Origin: Octopus bimaculoides | Taxonomy: Eukaryota | Direction of reading: 5' to 3' | DNA: 63,866 bases | Assembly: GCF_001194135.2 (NCBI RefSeq) | Contig: NC_069006.1 | Span: 6,873,261-6,937,126, forward strand | Part shown: positions 13,282 through 26,125 of the stretch, piece by piece | Numbering within the stretch: the stretch's first letter is position 1 | Layout of the letters: the number at the start of each line of letters is the position of its first letter | The notes under the pieces: generated by a model | Seen by the model: only the letters and a program-made list of their open reading frames with translations | The model's database searches: none | What the model was told of the DNA's origin: nothing | Made by a program: the position numbers and the translations under genes

Positions 13282-13606
13282 TTACTTGTTTCAGTCATTA
13301 GACTGTGGCCATGCTAGGATGCTACCTTGAAAACTTTTAGTCAAACAAATCAACCCCAGTACTTATTTTATTTTAAGCTTGGAACTTATTCTATCAATTT
13401 CTTTTACCAAACTGCTATGCCACAGGGACATAAACACACCAACACCGGATGTCAAAATCTGGTGGGGAACAAACACAGAAACAAAGACACACACAAACAC
13501 ACACACATACACACATATATGGTGGACTTCTTTCTGTTTCTGTCCACCAAATCCACTCACAAGGCTTTGGTTGGGCCAAGGCTGTAGTAGAAGACTCAGC
13601 CATGTC
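13282..13606 (-). mobile_element. SINE family A, 5'-truncated
   Basis: TTACTTGTTTCAGTCATTAGACTGTGGCCATGCT...CCAAATCCACTCACAAGGCTTTGG. Confidence 0.85.
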
Positions 13607-13849
13607 TATATAAAGCATTTCAATAACCTGTCAGAATATGTTTTCTGAAGATATATAAAGATGCTTTGAACAAAGAGAAGCAATGAACAGCAGCAAGGAC
13701 CTTTTAACTTGAAGGGTACAAAGCAACCTCATATTGGTAATAATCAAATTCTTAACAGTATGGTTTATTATGAAGTGCCAAAAACTTTTGCTTATACTTC
13801 TGCGACCTAATCACTCACATAATTCCATTTTATCGACTGAAAATAATAT

Positions 13850-14225
13850 TGTGTATTGTTCATTAGTCTGTGGGCATGCTGGGGCATTGCCTTAAAGGGT
13901 TTACATGAACAAGTCAACTCCAAGTACTTATTTTAAAGTCAGCTGGTTACACTATTGATTTCTTTTGTCAAACTGCTGAATTACAAGGACAGCAACAAAC
14001 CAGCATCAGTGTTAAGTGGTGGTGTCAGACAAATGCACCCCCCACACACACACACACACATACACACACATATGACAGGCTTCCAGACAGTTCTATTCAC
14101 CAAATTCACTCACTAGTCATTGGTCAACCCAAGGCTATAGTAAAAGATACTTGCCCAAAATGTTGTGTAGTGGGACTGAACCTGAAACCACATGATCACA
14201 AAGCAAGCTTCTTAACGACACAACT
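13850..14225 (-). mobile_element. SINE family A
   Basis: TACTTGCCCAA...GTAGTGGGACTGAACCTGAAACCACATG head; diverged tail. Confidence 0.8.
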
Positions 14226-14647
14226 ATGGTGGAATGTATGCGGGGAGGGTCTTTTACTGTTCTTTTTTTTTCTCCTTTTGTATCTTTTCTTAGTTCTATT
14301 CAACTTTAAACATTAAAGTAACTTTCAACTGATTTCAAACAGATGCCATAGAATTATGCCACGGACGAGCTCACAGACATGTATGGAAGCTTTTTGATAT
14401 GTCAGAGTAGACAATTCTATTGAAAAATAAATGAAAGAGAATGTAACAGTTTTTATGCACTTAAATGGCTGAAATAATTCATTCACAAATGTAAATATGT
14501 AATAAATATACTGTGTGTTCCATTACAATAAAAGGAGAATGCATCAGAGTAGATTTTAAATATGTGCATTTTTTTTCTGTAATAATCAACTATGCATAAT
14601 TAACATTTGCAGAATGCTGAAGATATGATTTTATAGAGATAAAGAAT

Positions 14648-15120
14648 ATCATCATCATCATCAGTTGAGAGGCTGCACTAGGTTCCGATCTGATTTGGCA
14701 AGGTTTTTATGACTGGATGCCCTTCCTAATGCCAACCACTTGGAGAGTGTAGTGGGTGCTTTTTACATGCCACAGGCATGGATGCCATTGACCTGACACT
14801 GGAATCATCCACGACTAAGATTTTACCTGGCTTCACAGGTCTACTCAAGCATGGTATATTGCCAAAGGTCTTGGTCACCTATCTCTGCCTCCATGAAGCT
14901 CAATGCTCAAATGGTACTTTTTACATGCCACCGGCGTGGGTGCCAGTCAGATGGTACTGGCATCAGTCATGACTACAAATTCACTTGGTTCAACAGGTCT
15001 TCACAAGCATAGCATATCACCCAACGATTGAAGGGTACTTTTAATGGGCCAGTTACACAACACTGGCATCGACCATGACTACGATCTCACTTGGGTTGAC
15101 AAGTCTTCTGAAGCACGATA
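14648..15120 (-). mobile_element. SINE-like family C ((GAT)n tail), old copy with internal degenerate repeats
   Basis: (CAT)n...GATTTGGCAAGG...GGATGCCCTTCCTAATGCCAACCAC...GTGGGTGCTTTTTACATGCC. Confidence 0.85.
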
Positions 15121-15333
15121 TATATACATACATATATATATNNNNNNNNNNNNNNNNNNNNNNNNNNNNNNNNNNNNNNNNNNNNNNNNNNNNNNNNNNN
15201 NNNNNNNNNNNNNNNNNNNNNNNNNNNNNNNNNNNNNNNNNNNNNNNNNNNNNNNNNNNNNNNNNNNNNNNNNNNNNNNNNNNNNNNNNNNNNNNNNNNN
15301 NNNNNNNNNNNNNNNNNNNNNNNNNNNNNNNNN

Positions 15334-15547
15334 TTCGAGCGTGGCCGTTTTCGTGCGGGTGACACGTAAAAGCACCCACTACACTCTCTGAGTGGTTGGC
15401 GTTAGGAAGGGCATCCAGCTGTAGAAACTCTGCCAAATTAGATTGGAGCCTGGTGTTGCCATCCGGTTTCACCAGTCCTCAGTCAAATCGTCCAACCCAT
15501 GCTAGCATGGAAAGCGGACGTTAAACGATGATGATGATGATGATGAT
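15334..15547 (+). mobile_element. Family C, young copy (5' part in gap)
   Basis: GACACGTAAAAGCACCCACTACACTC...GGCGTTAGGAAGGGCATCCAGCTGTAGAAAC...GGACGTTAAACGATGATGATG. Confidence 0.95.
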
Positions 15548-15879
15548 ATCATTATTATGATTATTTTACTTAAGTATAGTGATACTAATAACCTGGTATT
15601 AGAACTATATATAGTCTTGTTTATTTTTCTTTTTACTTTTTTCAGTCATTTGACTATGGCCATGCTTCAGAACAAAGTGTCAGCTGAGTAGAGCAGCAAT
15701 AAAAAATCCAATAAATGACAAAGGAATAAGAACTTACGTCATGAACTTCATTAGCTTACACAGTTTCTACTATGAGATGCAATGCACTCATAGTTGTGAG
15801 CTTGTGTTATAGCTTTACTGGAGCTTCAAAAACAAAGTGCAATTTCTTTTTTATGTATTTAATTCTTTTCATATATATT

Positions 15880-16001
15880 TTTATATATATATATATATAT
15901 ATACATACATATATATATATATATATACATACATATATATATACATACATATATATATACATATATATATACATATATATATATATACATATATATATAT
16001 A
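15880..16001. repeat. (TA)n with TACA interruptions
   Basis: Visible. Confidence 0.95.
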
Positions 16002-16427
16002 GGAGTAAATAAGAAAGTTTGGCAAGTTGATATACAAAAACTATTAAATATATTTAATACAAAAAATGTACATGTGTTTACATATAGAAAGGTCCGACTT
16101 ACACAGAATAGAAATGATATCAGGAATTAAAGGGGTTTTACAAATTCAACAGCTGTTTCCGAGGGCTTGGTGGTCCAAAATAATGATATTGAATTGATTC
16201 CATCATTGGATAATACCAGCCTCCATCTTCAGTGAAAAATTTTATATTTGAGGTGTTGACAGGAGATTTTTCTATATAAACATATGCACATTTTTTTGTA
16301 TTAAATGTATTTAATATTTTTCGTATATCGACTTACCTAACTTGCTTATCCTTACATTTACTCCTCTACCTGATTAAGTTTAAATCTCTTGAGCACTACA
16401 TTCTACACAGAGAATATCTATCTCTCA

Positions 16428-16428
<1 letters not shown>

Positions 16429-16481
<53 letters not shown>

Positions 16482-16580
16482 CACACACATATATATATAC
16501 ACACACACACGTGTGTATATATACACATACACACACTTATGTATAAATACACGCACACATATGTATGTATGTATGCGTTT
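16429..16580. repeat. (TA)n/(CA)n microsatellite
   Basis: Visible. Confidence 0.95.
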
Positions 16581-16654
16581 GTGAATGTGTGCCTCTTTAA
16601 ATTGATACTACATGATAGTTGTAAGCAAGTGTCACAATCATACAGAGTCATTCA

Positions 16655-16820
16655 TTTCCAATCTTCTTTGAAACTATGTCTGGTCAAGGAGAACTATTAC
16701 CTTATTTGGAAATAAGTGAGGGTTGACAACAGGAAAGGCATCTATCCATAGGAAATCTATCTCAATGAATTCTGTCTGACACATGCAAGCATAGAAATGT
16801 GGAGTTTAAACAACAATCAT
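16655..16820 (+). mobile_element. Family C short variant, decayed
   Basis: TGAGGGTTGACAACAGGAAAGGCATC. Confidence 0.55.
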
Positions 16821-17289
16821 ATATTTTGTGCATGTGTGTGTGTGTGTGCATGTGTGTGTGTATGTGCATGTATGTGTGTGTGTGCGTGTGTGTGTGTGTG
16901 TACATGTTTGCGGAGTGCTCAGCCACTTGCACATTAATTTCACAAGCAGGCTGTTCCATTGCCCAGCTCAACTAGAACCACCATCACCATAACCAATGGA
17001 GTGCCTGTTGTGTATACTATTTTCGTTAGAAGGGAAGTTAGTGCCCCTGACACTTTAAAGTTCCTCCAAGACTAGTGGAAGGAGAGTATCCTCGACAAGA
17101 GTAAATTCTACTAAAGGTGCTTAAAGATCATGTGATGGTGCTAAACCAGACAATGGACTAAGTCTAAGGCCCAAGTAGGCTACAGCAAAATTTGAAGTCA
17201 GAATGCAAACAAATACCACAAGATATTTCATTAGATGCTGAAATATTTTCACCAGTCCACAACTCTAGAATTACACTTTATTGACTCCA

Positions 17290-17470
17290 AAAATATGAAA
17301 GATGGGATTTGGACAAGGTAATATTTCCTCTGGCCATAAGGAAATATCACCTTGTTTGGAAACAGGTGAAGGCTGGCAACAAGAAGGGCAACTATCCACA
17401 AAAAGCCTGCCACAAATAAACTCTGTCCAACCCATACAAGCATGGAAAAGTGAATGTTAAATGATGATGG
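17290..17470 (+). mobile_element. Family C short variant, decayed
   Basis: GGAAACAGGTGAAGGCTGGCAACAAGAAGGGCAAC...GTTAAATGATGATG. Confidence 0.7.
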
Positions 17471-18080
17471 TTATATATTAAAAATGTATTATTTCGTATA
17501 TTATCATTGTCTTATTAGAATTCCTAGTTTTACCTTTGAGATTTGGAGTAAGCTAAATCTAATTTGTATTTTTTTAATGTTTTTGGACAAAAGAGTCATC
17601 TGTAATGTTTGATGGAATCATCTACATGGCAATTTGCTTCAAATCACCAACCAAACAATAAAGGAGAGATTTATTAAAGCACTGAATTTATAATTATATA
17701 ATCAATCAAATAAATATATGAATAAATGAATGAATGAATGAATAACAAGTATGCTTTTGAAATTTCATTTGCTTTTAATACTATGACTAAATAAAATGAT
17801 AAAAAAAAAGTTAGTTGCAGGCAAGGCTGTGAGAGTTAGACAACCCTGTATGATGGATCCTGCTATGCAGGAGCTTGGGTCTCTTCTTTTCTACAGTAGC
17901 CTCTGTACAGAAGTCCCTCATGTATGAATAAATATATAAGGAAAAAATCAAATTCAGCAAATGAAGTGAAACCTATGGTAAGCACTCTATCTGAGGAATC
18001 AGCTATCATTTCACGCAGTAATTAAAAGATGATGTAATTTAACATATCTCTGTATCTGAAAATCCAAGATATACAAACAG

Positions 18081-18302
18081 TAATATTAGTTTCAAATTTT
18101 GGCTCAAAGCCAGCAATTTTAGGGGAGGGGTAAGTCGATTACATCAACCTGGTGTTCAACTGGTACTTATTTTATCAAACCCGAAAGAATGAAAGGCAAA
18201 GTCAATGTCAGTGGAATTTAAAGCCAGATCATAATAAGGATGGATGAAATGCTGCTAAGCATTTTTTCTGGTATGTTAAAGATTCTGCCAGTTTGCCACC
18301 TT
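18081..18302 (-). mobile_element. tRNA-derived SINE family B, CpG-decayed
   Basis: CTGGTACTTATTTTATC...GAATGAAAGGCAAAGTCAA...GCTAAGCATTTT...GATTCTGCCAG. Confidence 0.85.
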
Positions 18303-18756
18303 ATACAAACAATAATATTTCCATGATAAACACAATATGCAGTTTATACTATGTGTTCTCTACACATGTTTTGACATTGTGGCTATTTCTATCCTCTACA
18401 GTAGGTGTTCATAGTGTATCCTGGATGCAGATCCACAATGGTTCTTTGGGGGAACACTTTAGTACATTATGTTATCTATAATTCAATAGGTGGCACTAAA
18501 TGCTGTACATAAGAAATCTTTAATTCATTCAAATTTCCTTAACTCACAGAGAAAATAAACAAAAGCTTAACAACTCAGAAAGAGAATATTTAAAAAATGC
18601 TTGGCTGAATTGATACACTTAACAGAAAAGGACACTTTGATCTTTGTTTAGATGAGGGACAACCATGGGCACATATTTCAGTTTAAATTTGATTGCCACC
18701 ACACAGGACAAACAATTTCATATATACAGAAAAAAGGTGATCTGATGCAATGCATC

Positions 18757-18789
<33 letters not shown>

Positions 18790-18857
18790 AAGTGATTGGC
18801 TAATATGGTGTGTGTGTGTGTGTAGATAGATATATAGACAAATTAATATATAAATAG

Positions 18858-18997
18858 GTGCAGGTATGGCTGTGTGGTAAAGAAGTTCATGACTTGACCA
18901 CATGATTTCAGATTCAGCCTCACTGCACAGCACCTTAAGCAAGTAGCCACCCATGCACTGTGGGTAAATCTGGCTGATGGAAACTATACAAAGCCTG

Positions 18998-19036
<39 letters not shown>
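18858..19036 (+). mobile_element. SINE family A 5' half
   Basis: GCAGGTATGGCTGTGTGGTAAAGAAG...CACCTTAAGCAAGT...(GT)n. Confidence 0.75.
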
Positions 19037-19040
<4 letters not shown>

Positions 19041-19142
19041 TGAAGTAAGCAGTGTTTTTTCAACTACATTTTAAAGGGACTTTCCCTGGACAAAATATCA
19101 CTGCCTGAAAGCATCCAAACAAAACACATGTGNNNNNNNNNN

Positions 19143-19185
<43 letters not shown>

Positions 19186-19930
19186 GAGTGCACACACATC
19201 TGTCTGTGCACCTATGCATCTGTGTGAATGTTTACATCTTGTGTGCTTTGCATAAAAACACACTGACCTACATTTTTCTGTTAAAAAATCGTTTGCTGGC
19301 TCTTTGCATTCAAAGACAGGTGGAATTAGAGATCCCTGACTTAAAAAAAAAATAATAATAACAGGTAAAGTTTAATAACAGAAAAGGTAACCAGCTGTAA
19401 AACAATGCCTCAATAATGTATTTTCATCTAAGCCATGCCAGGATTGGAAAAACAGATGTAAAAACAAATAGATATGTCTGTGTGCATATTTATATCTATT
19501 GCCAATATATATCAGCAACAAATGTAAACAACAGTGAAATACTGATGCTATTCAAGCCAAGTTCAAGTTGTGAATGTTCATTCTCCTCATCATAAACTGA
19601 TGTTATCATTCTATTGACATTATTGTACACAAATGGCAATACATAGATTTCTTTTAATTAAAAACAAAAGAAAATAAAAAGAACTTAAGGAGGAAATGGT
19701 GATGATAAATAGACGCCAGTAAGCGACACTAGATATTTTTTGGTGGGTAAAATGCTAGAATTAAATTCAGTCCATTATACCCAGAATTGTACAAGTATAA
19801 TCTAATGCTTCCTGAAAAGAATTAATTTGTAAAACTTAACATAATTATGGAGACATATGTAAATTTTTACACTTTGGACACTTATAAGGTGTTTGACATT
19901 TCTCCTCGATCAACCATCATATTATTTTAT

Positions 19931-20409
19931 TAGTGGTCAAGCATCCATCATTGATAAGACCAAGGAAAGTCAAAATCACATGATCTGATGGTCTTGGCAC
20001 TGGAGATGAGAAGGATTTATCTGCCTATTAGCGATATAAACAAGAGTGCATTTTGCACCAAAAGCCAATCTGAGAGCTTCTCTCTTGCTATCTACTGCAG
20101 TATAGTTTGTTCCAACAGAACATTCATTTTCAAATGAGGATGACTATTACCTTTCAGTCTTAATACTGTCTGTCACTTATATGTCTTTTGTAACAAGCTC
20201 ACTGGCTAATTGCAACACCAGTGCCTTATCTGGCACTGTTTTTCTATATATCGCTGGTAGGGAGATGAGTCAGTTATCTCTAGTGGTCAAGTGTTCATCA
20301 TTGATCAGACCAAAGAAGGTTGAAATCATGTGATCTGGTGGTTTTGGCACTGGAGATGGCAGGGATTTATCTCCCTCTTACCAATATAAACAAGCATGCA
20401 TTTTGCACC
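19931..20409. repeat. ~129-bp diverged direct repeat with an intervening inverted partial copy
   Basis: 19931-20059 vs 20281-20409 (TAGTGGTCAAG...TTTTGCACC); 20232-20289 resembles their reverse complement. Confidence 0.8.
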
Positions 20410-20577
20410 TAATGTAATTTTGATAAAAATATCTGTTAAAATGAGATGTCAGTGTTATTTTCATTTTTGTGTAATTTAGACAACAATTTATTCACGGCAC
20501 CCTGTGTCAAATTATTGTTGCATCTAAATAGTCTCTTTAACACTAGTTGATTTTTTAGGCTAGGATATGTATATATG

Positions 20578-20905
20578 TATGAAGGTGTGATTCGGTGGTT
20601 CGGGTATTCAGCTCACCATCATAAGATTGTGAGTTCAATTCTTGGCAGCATGTTGTGTCCTTGAGCAAGACACTTAAGTTCACGTTGCTCCAGTCCACTC
20701 AGCTGACAAAAATGAGTTGATCTTGTATTTCAAAGGGTCCAGCCTTGTCACGTTCTATGTCATGCTGAATCTTTCTGGGAAATATGTTAAGAGTATGCAT
20801 GTCTATGGAGTCCTCAGTCACTTGCACATTAATTTCATGAGCAAGCTGTTCCATTGGTCAGATCAATAAGAATAGTGCCAGTTAATGGATGGATGGATGG
20901 ATGGA
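20578..20905 (+). mobile_element. SINE family E-related copy with (GGAT)n tail
   Basis: GTGAGTTCAATTCTTGG...TGTGTCCTTGAGCAAGACACTT...CTCCAGTCCACTCAGCTG. Confidence 0.8.
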
Positions 20906-21095
20906 TGGATTTTTATATGATGCCAAAGACCTGAGATCTGTGAAGTTTATGAAGCAATACTACTTTCAGCAGTTTAATATTTTTCTATATTATCATATTG
21001 GATAGATCATGCACAACATATTTCAATGGAACCTGATATTGCAAAGTTTCATTTGTGAGATGTAATATTATTTAAAAGTCTGAACCCTCATGAAC

Positions 21096-21290
21096 ACAGG
21101 AATGGCTGAGTGGTTATGAAAACTGCTTTACAACCATGTAACCCCAGGTTTGATCCTACCATATAGCAATTTCAGCAAATGGATTCTATCATGGTCGCAA
21201 GTTGTCCAGTACCTTATGAGTAAAATTTGTTGTGCAGAAGTCCATTTCTTGAGTGTGTGTGTGAGAGGGGAGGCATGCACATGCATACAT
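21096..21290 (+). mobile_element. SINE family A-related 5' half, old
   Basis: CAGGAATGGCTGAGTGGTTA...CAGGTTTGATCCTACC. Confidence 0.55.
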
Positions 21291-21977
21291 ATGAAAACAG
21301 GAGATTGGAAAAATGTTTGGTATCATTTATTCACCATTGCACGTGTTTCATTTGCTAATAGGAATTTCAGAATTGTACATGTAGGAGAAACATGTAATAA
21401 ATCTCTTATTAGAAATCCATCAGACAGATATTCAAATAACACACAAGTGGAGAAGATCTGTTGGTAAATTTCAATACACCTAATCACCCGTTTTAACAAA
21501 TGACTACTGTGCAGGAAATATTTTCCAGAATTTTCAACTCTTATGCTTACCTCACACAAATATATATATATATATATAGTGGTAAAGATACACACATCTT
21601 TGAAAAAAGCAGATAAAATGGTGCATTTAGTCAAACAAAAAATATCTTTCAGTTCTGCCTGAAATGTAGGGATGCTCCCTTGTGACTTCCACAACAAAAA
21701 TGGTAATGAACCAGTGACTGGTCCATTGCAAACCTATAAGCAATAATGCTATTGTTCATAAAATGCATGATAGAAAATAGAATCAACCCTATCACCTAAA
21801 ATCCTTAGCATATCTCACCCAAATAACCTATGTAATCATTTTTGGTTTAAATTGAATCAGCGTAAGACCTCTTTCCAACCTGTTATTGCAATATGAAAAT
21901 AGAATATGAGCTGCAATAATCTCTGCAAGAGTTTTAAAAGACTATAGGCACAAGATTCTCTTCCTGAAGCAAGCAAA

Positions 21978-22008
<31 letters not shown>

Positions 22009-23391
22009 AAAAATTCTACTTTTCCTGAGAAGCCACAAAGATGTAACTCTTAATCTGTTATTTTCAGGGTGCACAGGCTATGGGATAATAGCTGAAATTT
22101 CATTCTTCCTAAGGTTAGGGCACAAACAGATGGAAAGAAACATGATAGCCTTTTAGTTGCTATAGATCAATTGTAATGTGGAAAGCATCTCTTTGGTTCA
22201 ATAACGGTATGCACCTGCTTGGCACAAGCCTGAAAGAAGGTTATAATGAACAGTTGGCAAATTTTCCTTTCAACATTCTAAATGTGATTCGGAAGGAAGA
22301 ACAACAATGAATCTAGTAACAGTCTGGTCATGTTTAAGGTTATAGTTACATTATATTTGGCTGTATTGAAATTTGCCAACAGATCTTCTACAATTGAGTT
22401 CTAATTACTACTACTTTATATAAAGTTTTATTTACTTTTCTTCTGTTGTAAAATCTTCTTATTTAAAATTGAAAGAAAGATGTTAAAGTCTAATGTTGAA
22501 AATTTGTGCACAAAGTGAAGAAATAAAGGAGCAGTTTTCACATGAATAACAAAGTTTGGTGTAGTTATAATCAAAGTTTCACTTATTTTCTTTATTAAAA
22601 GGGCAGAGTTAGTCGAAACTTTCTGCAATAAATGAATAAACTAATGCAGAAAGAGCTATTTTGTAGGCATACAGCTGCTATTACTTTTCAATATCTAGGA
22701 ATATCACATGCATACGCACATGCACACACAGAGGCAATAGCTGGTGTTTTTAATCACTAATTTCCCAAGGGGTTTTTATTGGTCTCTCTGAAGTTGCACC
22801 ATGACAAAATAAATATCATAATACTGAAATCAAGTAAAATACAAATACAAAAATAAGTTATCGAAAAATAATTGACATATGGATAGATGTTACATTAAAA
22901 TTATGATTAATATAAAATTTATAATAGTCCAACCCATTCCAGCATGGAACATGGATGTTAAACACTGACACTTTGTGTTGAAGATGTGGGCTTTATACTG
23001 GATGAATGTGACTGCACCATCTTTGTCTCCATCAGGGTTGAACTGTCTGTGAGGATTTAGGAACATTCCATTGTTCATATTGAGAACTAACATTGGCTCA
23101 GAAGATGAGAATGTTCATTCAAGAACTCTGACCATTGTGTTGTTGCATTCTAAATTCATTTTGGTAAAGGATCTACCACAACTAACAAGTGACAGAGTTT
23201 CCTGGTGCAGTATTGTGAAATGCACCTCAATTACAGCTGCTTGAAGAAGAATCTATGTTGTCTGTGGATTCCTAGGCTGAAACACTCAAAGCTAATAACA
23301 GTGGCTGGTCACGCCCTCTGACATGGAAAAATCCCCAGGCCAATCATGATTCTATATTCATCTTCTTTTACCATCCATAACTAACTCTCAC

Positions 23392-24055
23392 CATCATCAT
23401 CATCATTTAACGTCCATTGTCCATGTTGGCATGGGTTGGATGGTTTAACTGGGCTGGCACCAGACTCCAGCCTGATTTGGGATGGTTTTTCTATGGCAGG
23501 ATGCCCTTTCTAATGCCAACCACTCTGAGAATGTAATGGGTGCTTTTATGTACCACCAGTACTGGTACCATTTGCACAACACCAGGGTGCATTAACATGC
23601 CACCAGCACGGGTGCCAATTTGCATGACACTAGTATCTGCCACAACTGTGATTCTGCTCAACTTGATGGGTCCTCCTCCCAAGCATGACATAATTATTTC
23701 CTTATTGCCCACAAAGGGCTAAATATAGAGAGGACAAACAAGGACAGACAAAGAGATTAAGTCAATTACATCGACCCCCAGTGCATAACTGGTACTTATT
23801 TAATCAACCCCAAAAGGATGAAAGGCAAAGTCAACCTCAGCAGAATTTGAACTCAGAACGTAACGGCGGACAAAATACTGCTCAGCATTTCGCCCGGCAT
23901 GCTAACGATTCTGCCAGCTTGACAAGCATGACATAATGCCAAAGGTCTTGGTCATTGCCTCTGTGAGGCCCAACACTCGAAAGAAACTCAGCCACTTTGC
24001 CTCTGTGAGACCCAATGCTTGAAAGGAACTCAGCCACCTCAACTTGTGAGGCCCA
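23392..24055 (-). mobile_element. Family C, old copy hosting a nested family B SINE
   Basis: (CAT)nTTAACGTCC...GGATGCCCTTTCTAATGCCAACCAC. Resumes after the TSD with GCCAAAGGTCTTGGTC and ~40-bp repeats. Confidence 0.85.
23695..23922 (-). mobile_element. SINE family B nested in a family C copy, with 15-bp TSD
   Basis: CAAGCATGACATAAT at 23680-23694 and 23923-23937 flanks the element exactly. Confidence 0.9.
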
Positions 24056-24381
24056 TATCATTTTCTCTCAAATCAGTTTCTTCAATCCCTCAACAGAACA
24101 TTTTCAACATAGGTAAATAAACAATTTAAGCAAAGGGTTTCATTTTCTGTAGGAAACTGAATGAAGTATGTACAAGAAGCATGCACAGTTGTGAAGTTGG
24201 GCTCTGAATGTAGATCTTGTTTCTAGACTAGACAGAAATAATCTGAGTATAGTCCATAGGATATATATGGTTAACTTGCATAGAAAAATGGAGGAGAAAT
24301 TAACTGAGTATGTAATAAGAAAAAGACAAGCTAATGTGTAAAGGTGAAGCAGCTACAGCAATGAGAATTTATGATGTAAAT

Positions 24382-24632
24382 CAGTTCTCAACCACTTTTT
24401 GCCTATGGACCCTTTTAATTTCTATTTTAATCAACTGGACCTCCATAGCCATTCAATGTATTCTAAAAAAAAATCCTGTTTTCTTGTAATTAAATATCAT
24501 TAGGAATTATATAAAAATTAAAATATTTTATGTATTGTAAAAGTACAAGCAATTCATTGCATGTAAATTTTCAACAACAAAATCTCATATGGATCCCACA
24601 AGGGCCATATGGACCCCATTTGAGAACCACTG
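24382..24632. mobile_element. hAT (Buster/Charlie-type) MITE
   Basis: Ends CAGT--TCTCAA / TTGAGAACCACTG; perfect 8-bp TSD ATGTAAAT at 24374-24381 and 24633-24640. Confidence 0.85.
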
Positions 24633-24690
24633 ATGTAAATAAACAACACAGACTAAGATAAAGGTTTTGTTTTTGTCTTTNNNNNNNNNN

Positions 24691-25760
24691 TTTTTTTTTT
24701 TTTTTTTTGTTGCTGTTTGCTCAATCAGCAGAATCCATGACCAGTAAGCTTGATACCATTAATGTTCTATTTAAACCGTTGTAGGTTAACATCTGCAGGG
24801 AGAAGACACCAAAGAGGCATTCCAAGACTCTGAATAAAAAGGACTGAGAATAGTGATTAGTAAGGAGCCAGGAGAAATAGGACACACAGAAGGTGATGAG
24901 AGAATGGAAATATGAGTGGGTTGGGATGTTTGAATAGCGAATGTATGAAACAAGGTAGCTCTGAGAAACAGAGGTTGTTATAGTAACAACAGAAAAGACA
25001 GAGAGATGAGACAACATGCCTGTGAGCCAGAGGCTGGAGTGTCTAGATTAATAACAGATTAGTAGTCAAGTGGCCCTTCTCTGGATGTGGTCCAGGATGT
25101 CTGTGTGTTCATAGCATCAGTGCCATACCAACAGTGGGAGCAATACATTTGAGCATTATAATGTCAGCAGCTGTAGGGAGCTGAAATATTTTCTTGCACT
25201 GAAGAGAAGGAGCAATCTTTGGGATTCAGTCTTAACACTATTAAGAATGTCCTTTCACAGAGGAAATCCAGTGATAGTGAGGCCCAGTATTTGGAGCAAC
25301 TGTGAGGGATCTAGCTGAGTACCACTTATAATCAGTGGAAGTAAGGTACAGGAATGTTTTCTTGATATGAGTAGTGCTGGAGTTAGGTTTCTCTTCATTT
25401 TCTTTCTTTCTTTTTTGCTGATAAAAGAGATAAGTTTAGTGTGGCCCCACTGTAGGATGCTCACAGTCTTTGTTTAGAAAATCATTGCCAGTTTAGTGCA
25501 CAGTGTGGAAGATACATGGTTGGAGAAAGTAAGGTAGGAATGAAAGGATACATCATCTGCATATGAGCGAGCATTGTTGGATGTGATGATAAGTAGGTCA
25601 TTGATGTATAGAAGGAATAGATGAGGGGACAAAACCAAACTCTAGGTAGGATGCTGACAGTGAAATGCGTTCATGTAAGGAATGCATAAGAAGACATGAG
25701 AAACAGGGAGATTACAGACAGCACAAGATTGACAGGAGAGTAAAAATTCACTAATGTGGA
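24691..25760 (-). mobile_element. Decayed CR1/L2-group LINE, RT domain to 3' end
   Basis: Minus strand: VLSPHLFLLYINDLLIITSNNARSYADD (YADD at 25552-25563), LQILGLTI, ARKYFSSLQLLTL, ILDHIQRRAT, TNHYSQSF. Stops and frameshifts present; A-rich tail at ~24691. Confidence 0.85.
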
Positions 25761-26085
25761 TCTATTCAATCCCTGCCAGTAGATAATGACAAATATTATA
25801 AAGAAGATATTGGTTTGAACAGAGAGACATGGACTCTGTAAGTTTCAGTACAGACAAACTCTCTAGGAGAACTGTAACGTTGAATAAAAACACTGATATG
25901 CAGCAGAGCAGATTCTTTAATCGTATTGCAACCATCATCTCTCATGCCAGTGGCAGTCCATGATGTAAAACAGTTTTTTTTTTTTTCTGTGGCTGTTTGT
26001 GTCTGGATGACAAAAGACTGCGACAAGCTGTAAGATGCTGAGACCCATCCAATCAATGCCAGTATGGAAAACAATGCAAATGATT

Positions 26086-26125
<40 letters not shown>

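Noticed and set aside
16090-16340. Strong-looking minus-strand GTAAGTCG donors
   Set aside because: GTAAGTCG is part of the SINE B consensus (GGGGTAAGTCGATTAC), so these may be relics; the candidate exons are tiny and unsupported.
21323-21697. CVLFEYLSDG resembling a kinase hinge
   Set aside because: No other kinase motifs, the ORF crosses a (TA)n run, and no suitable exon boundaries were found.
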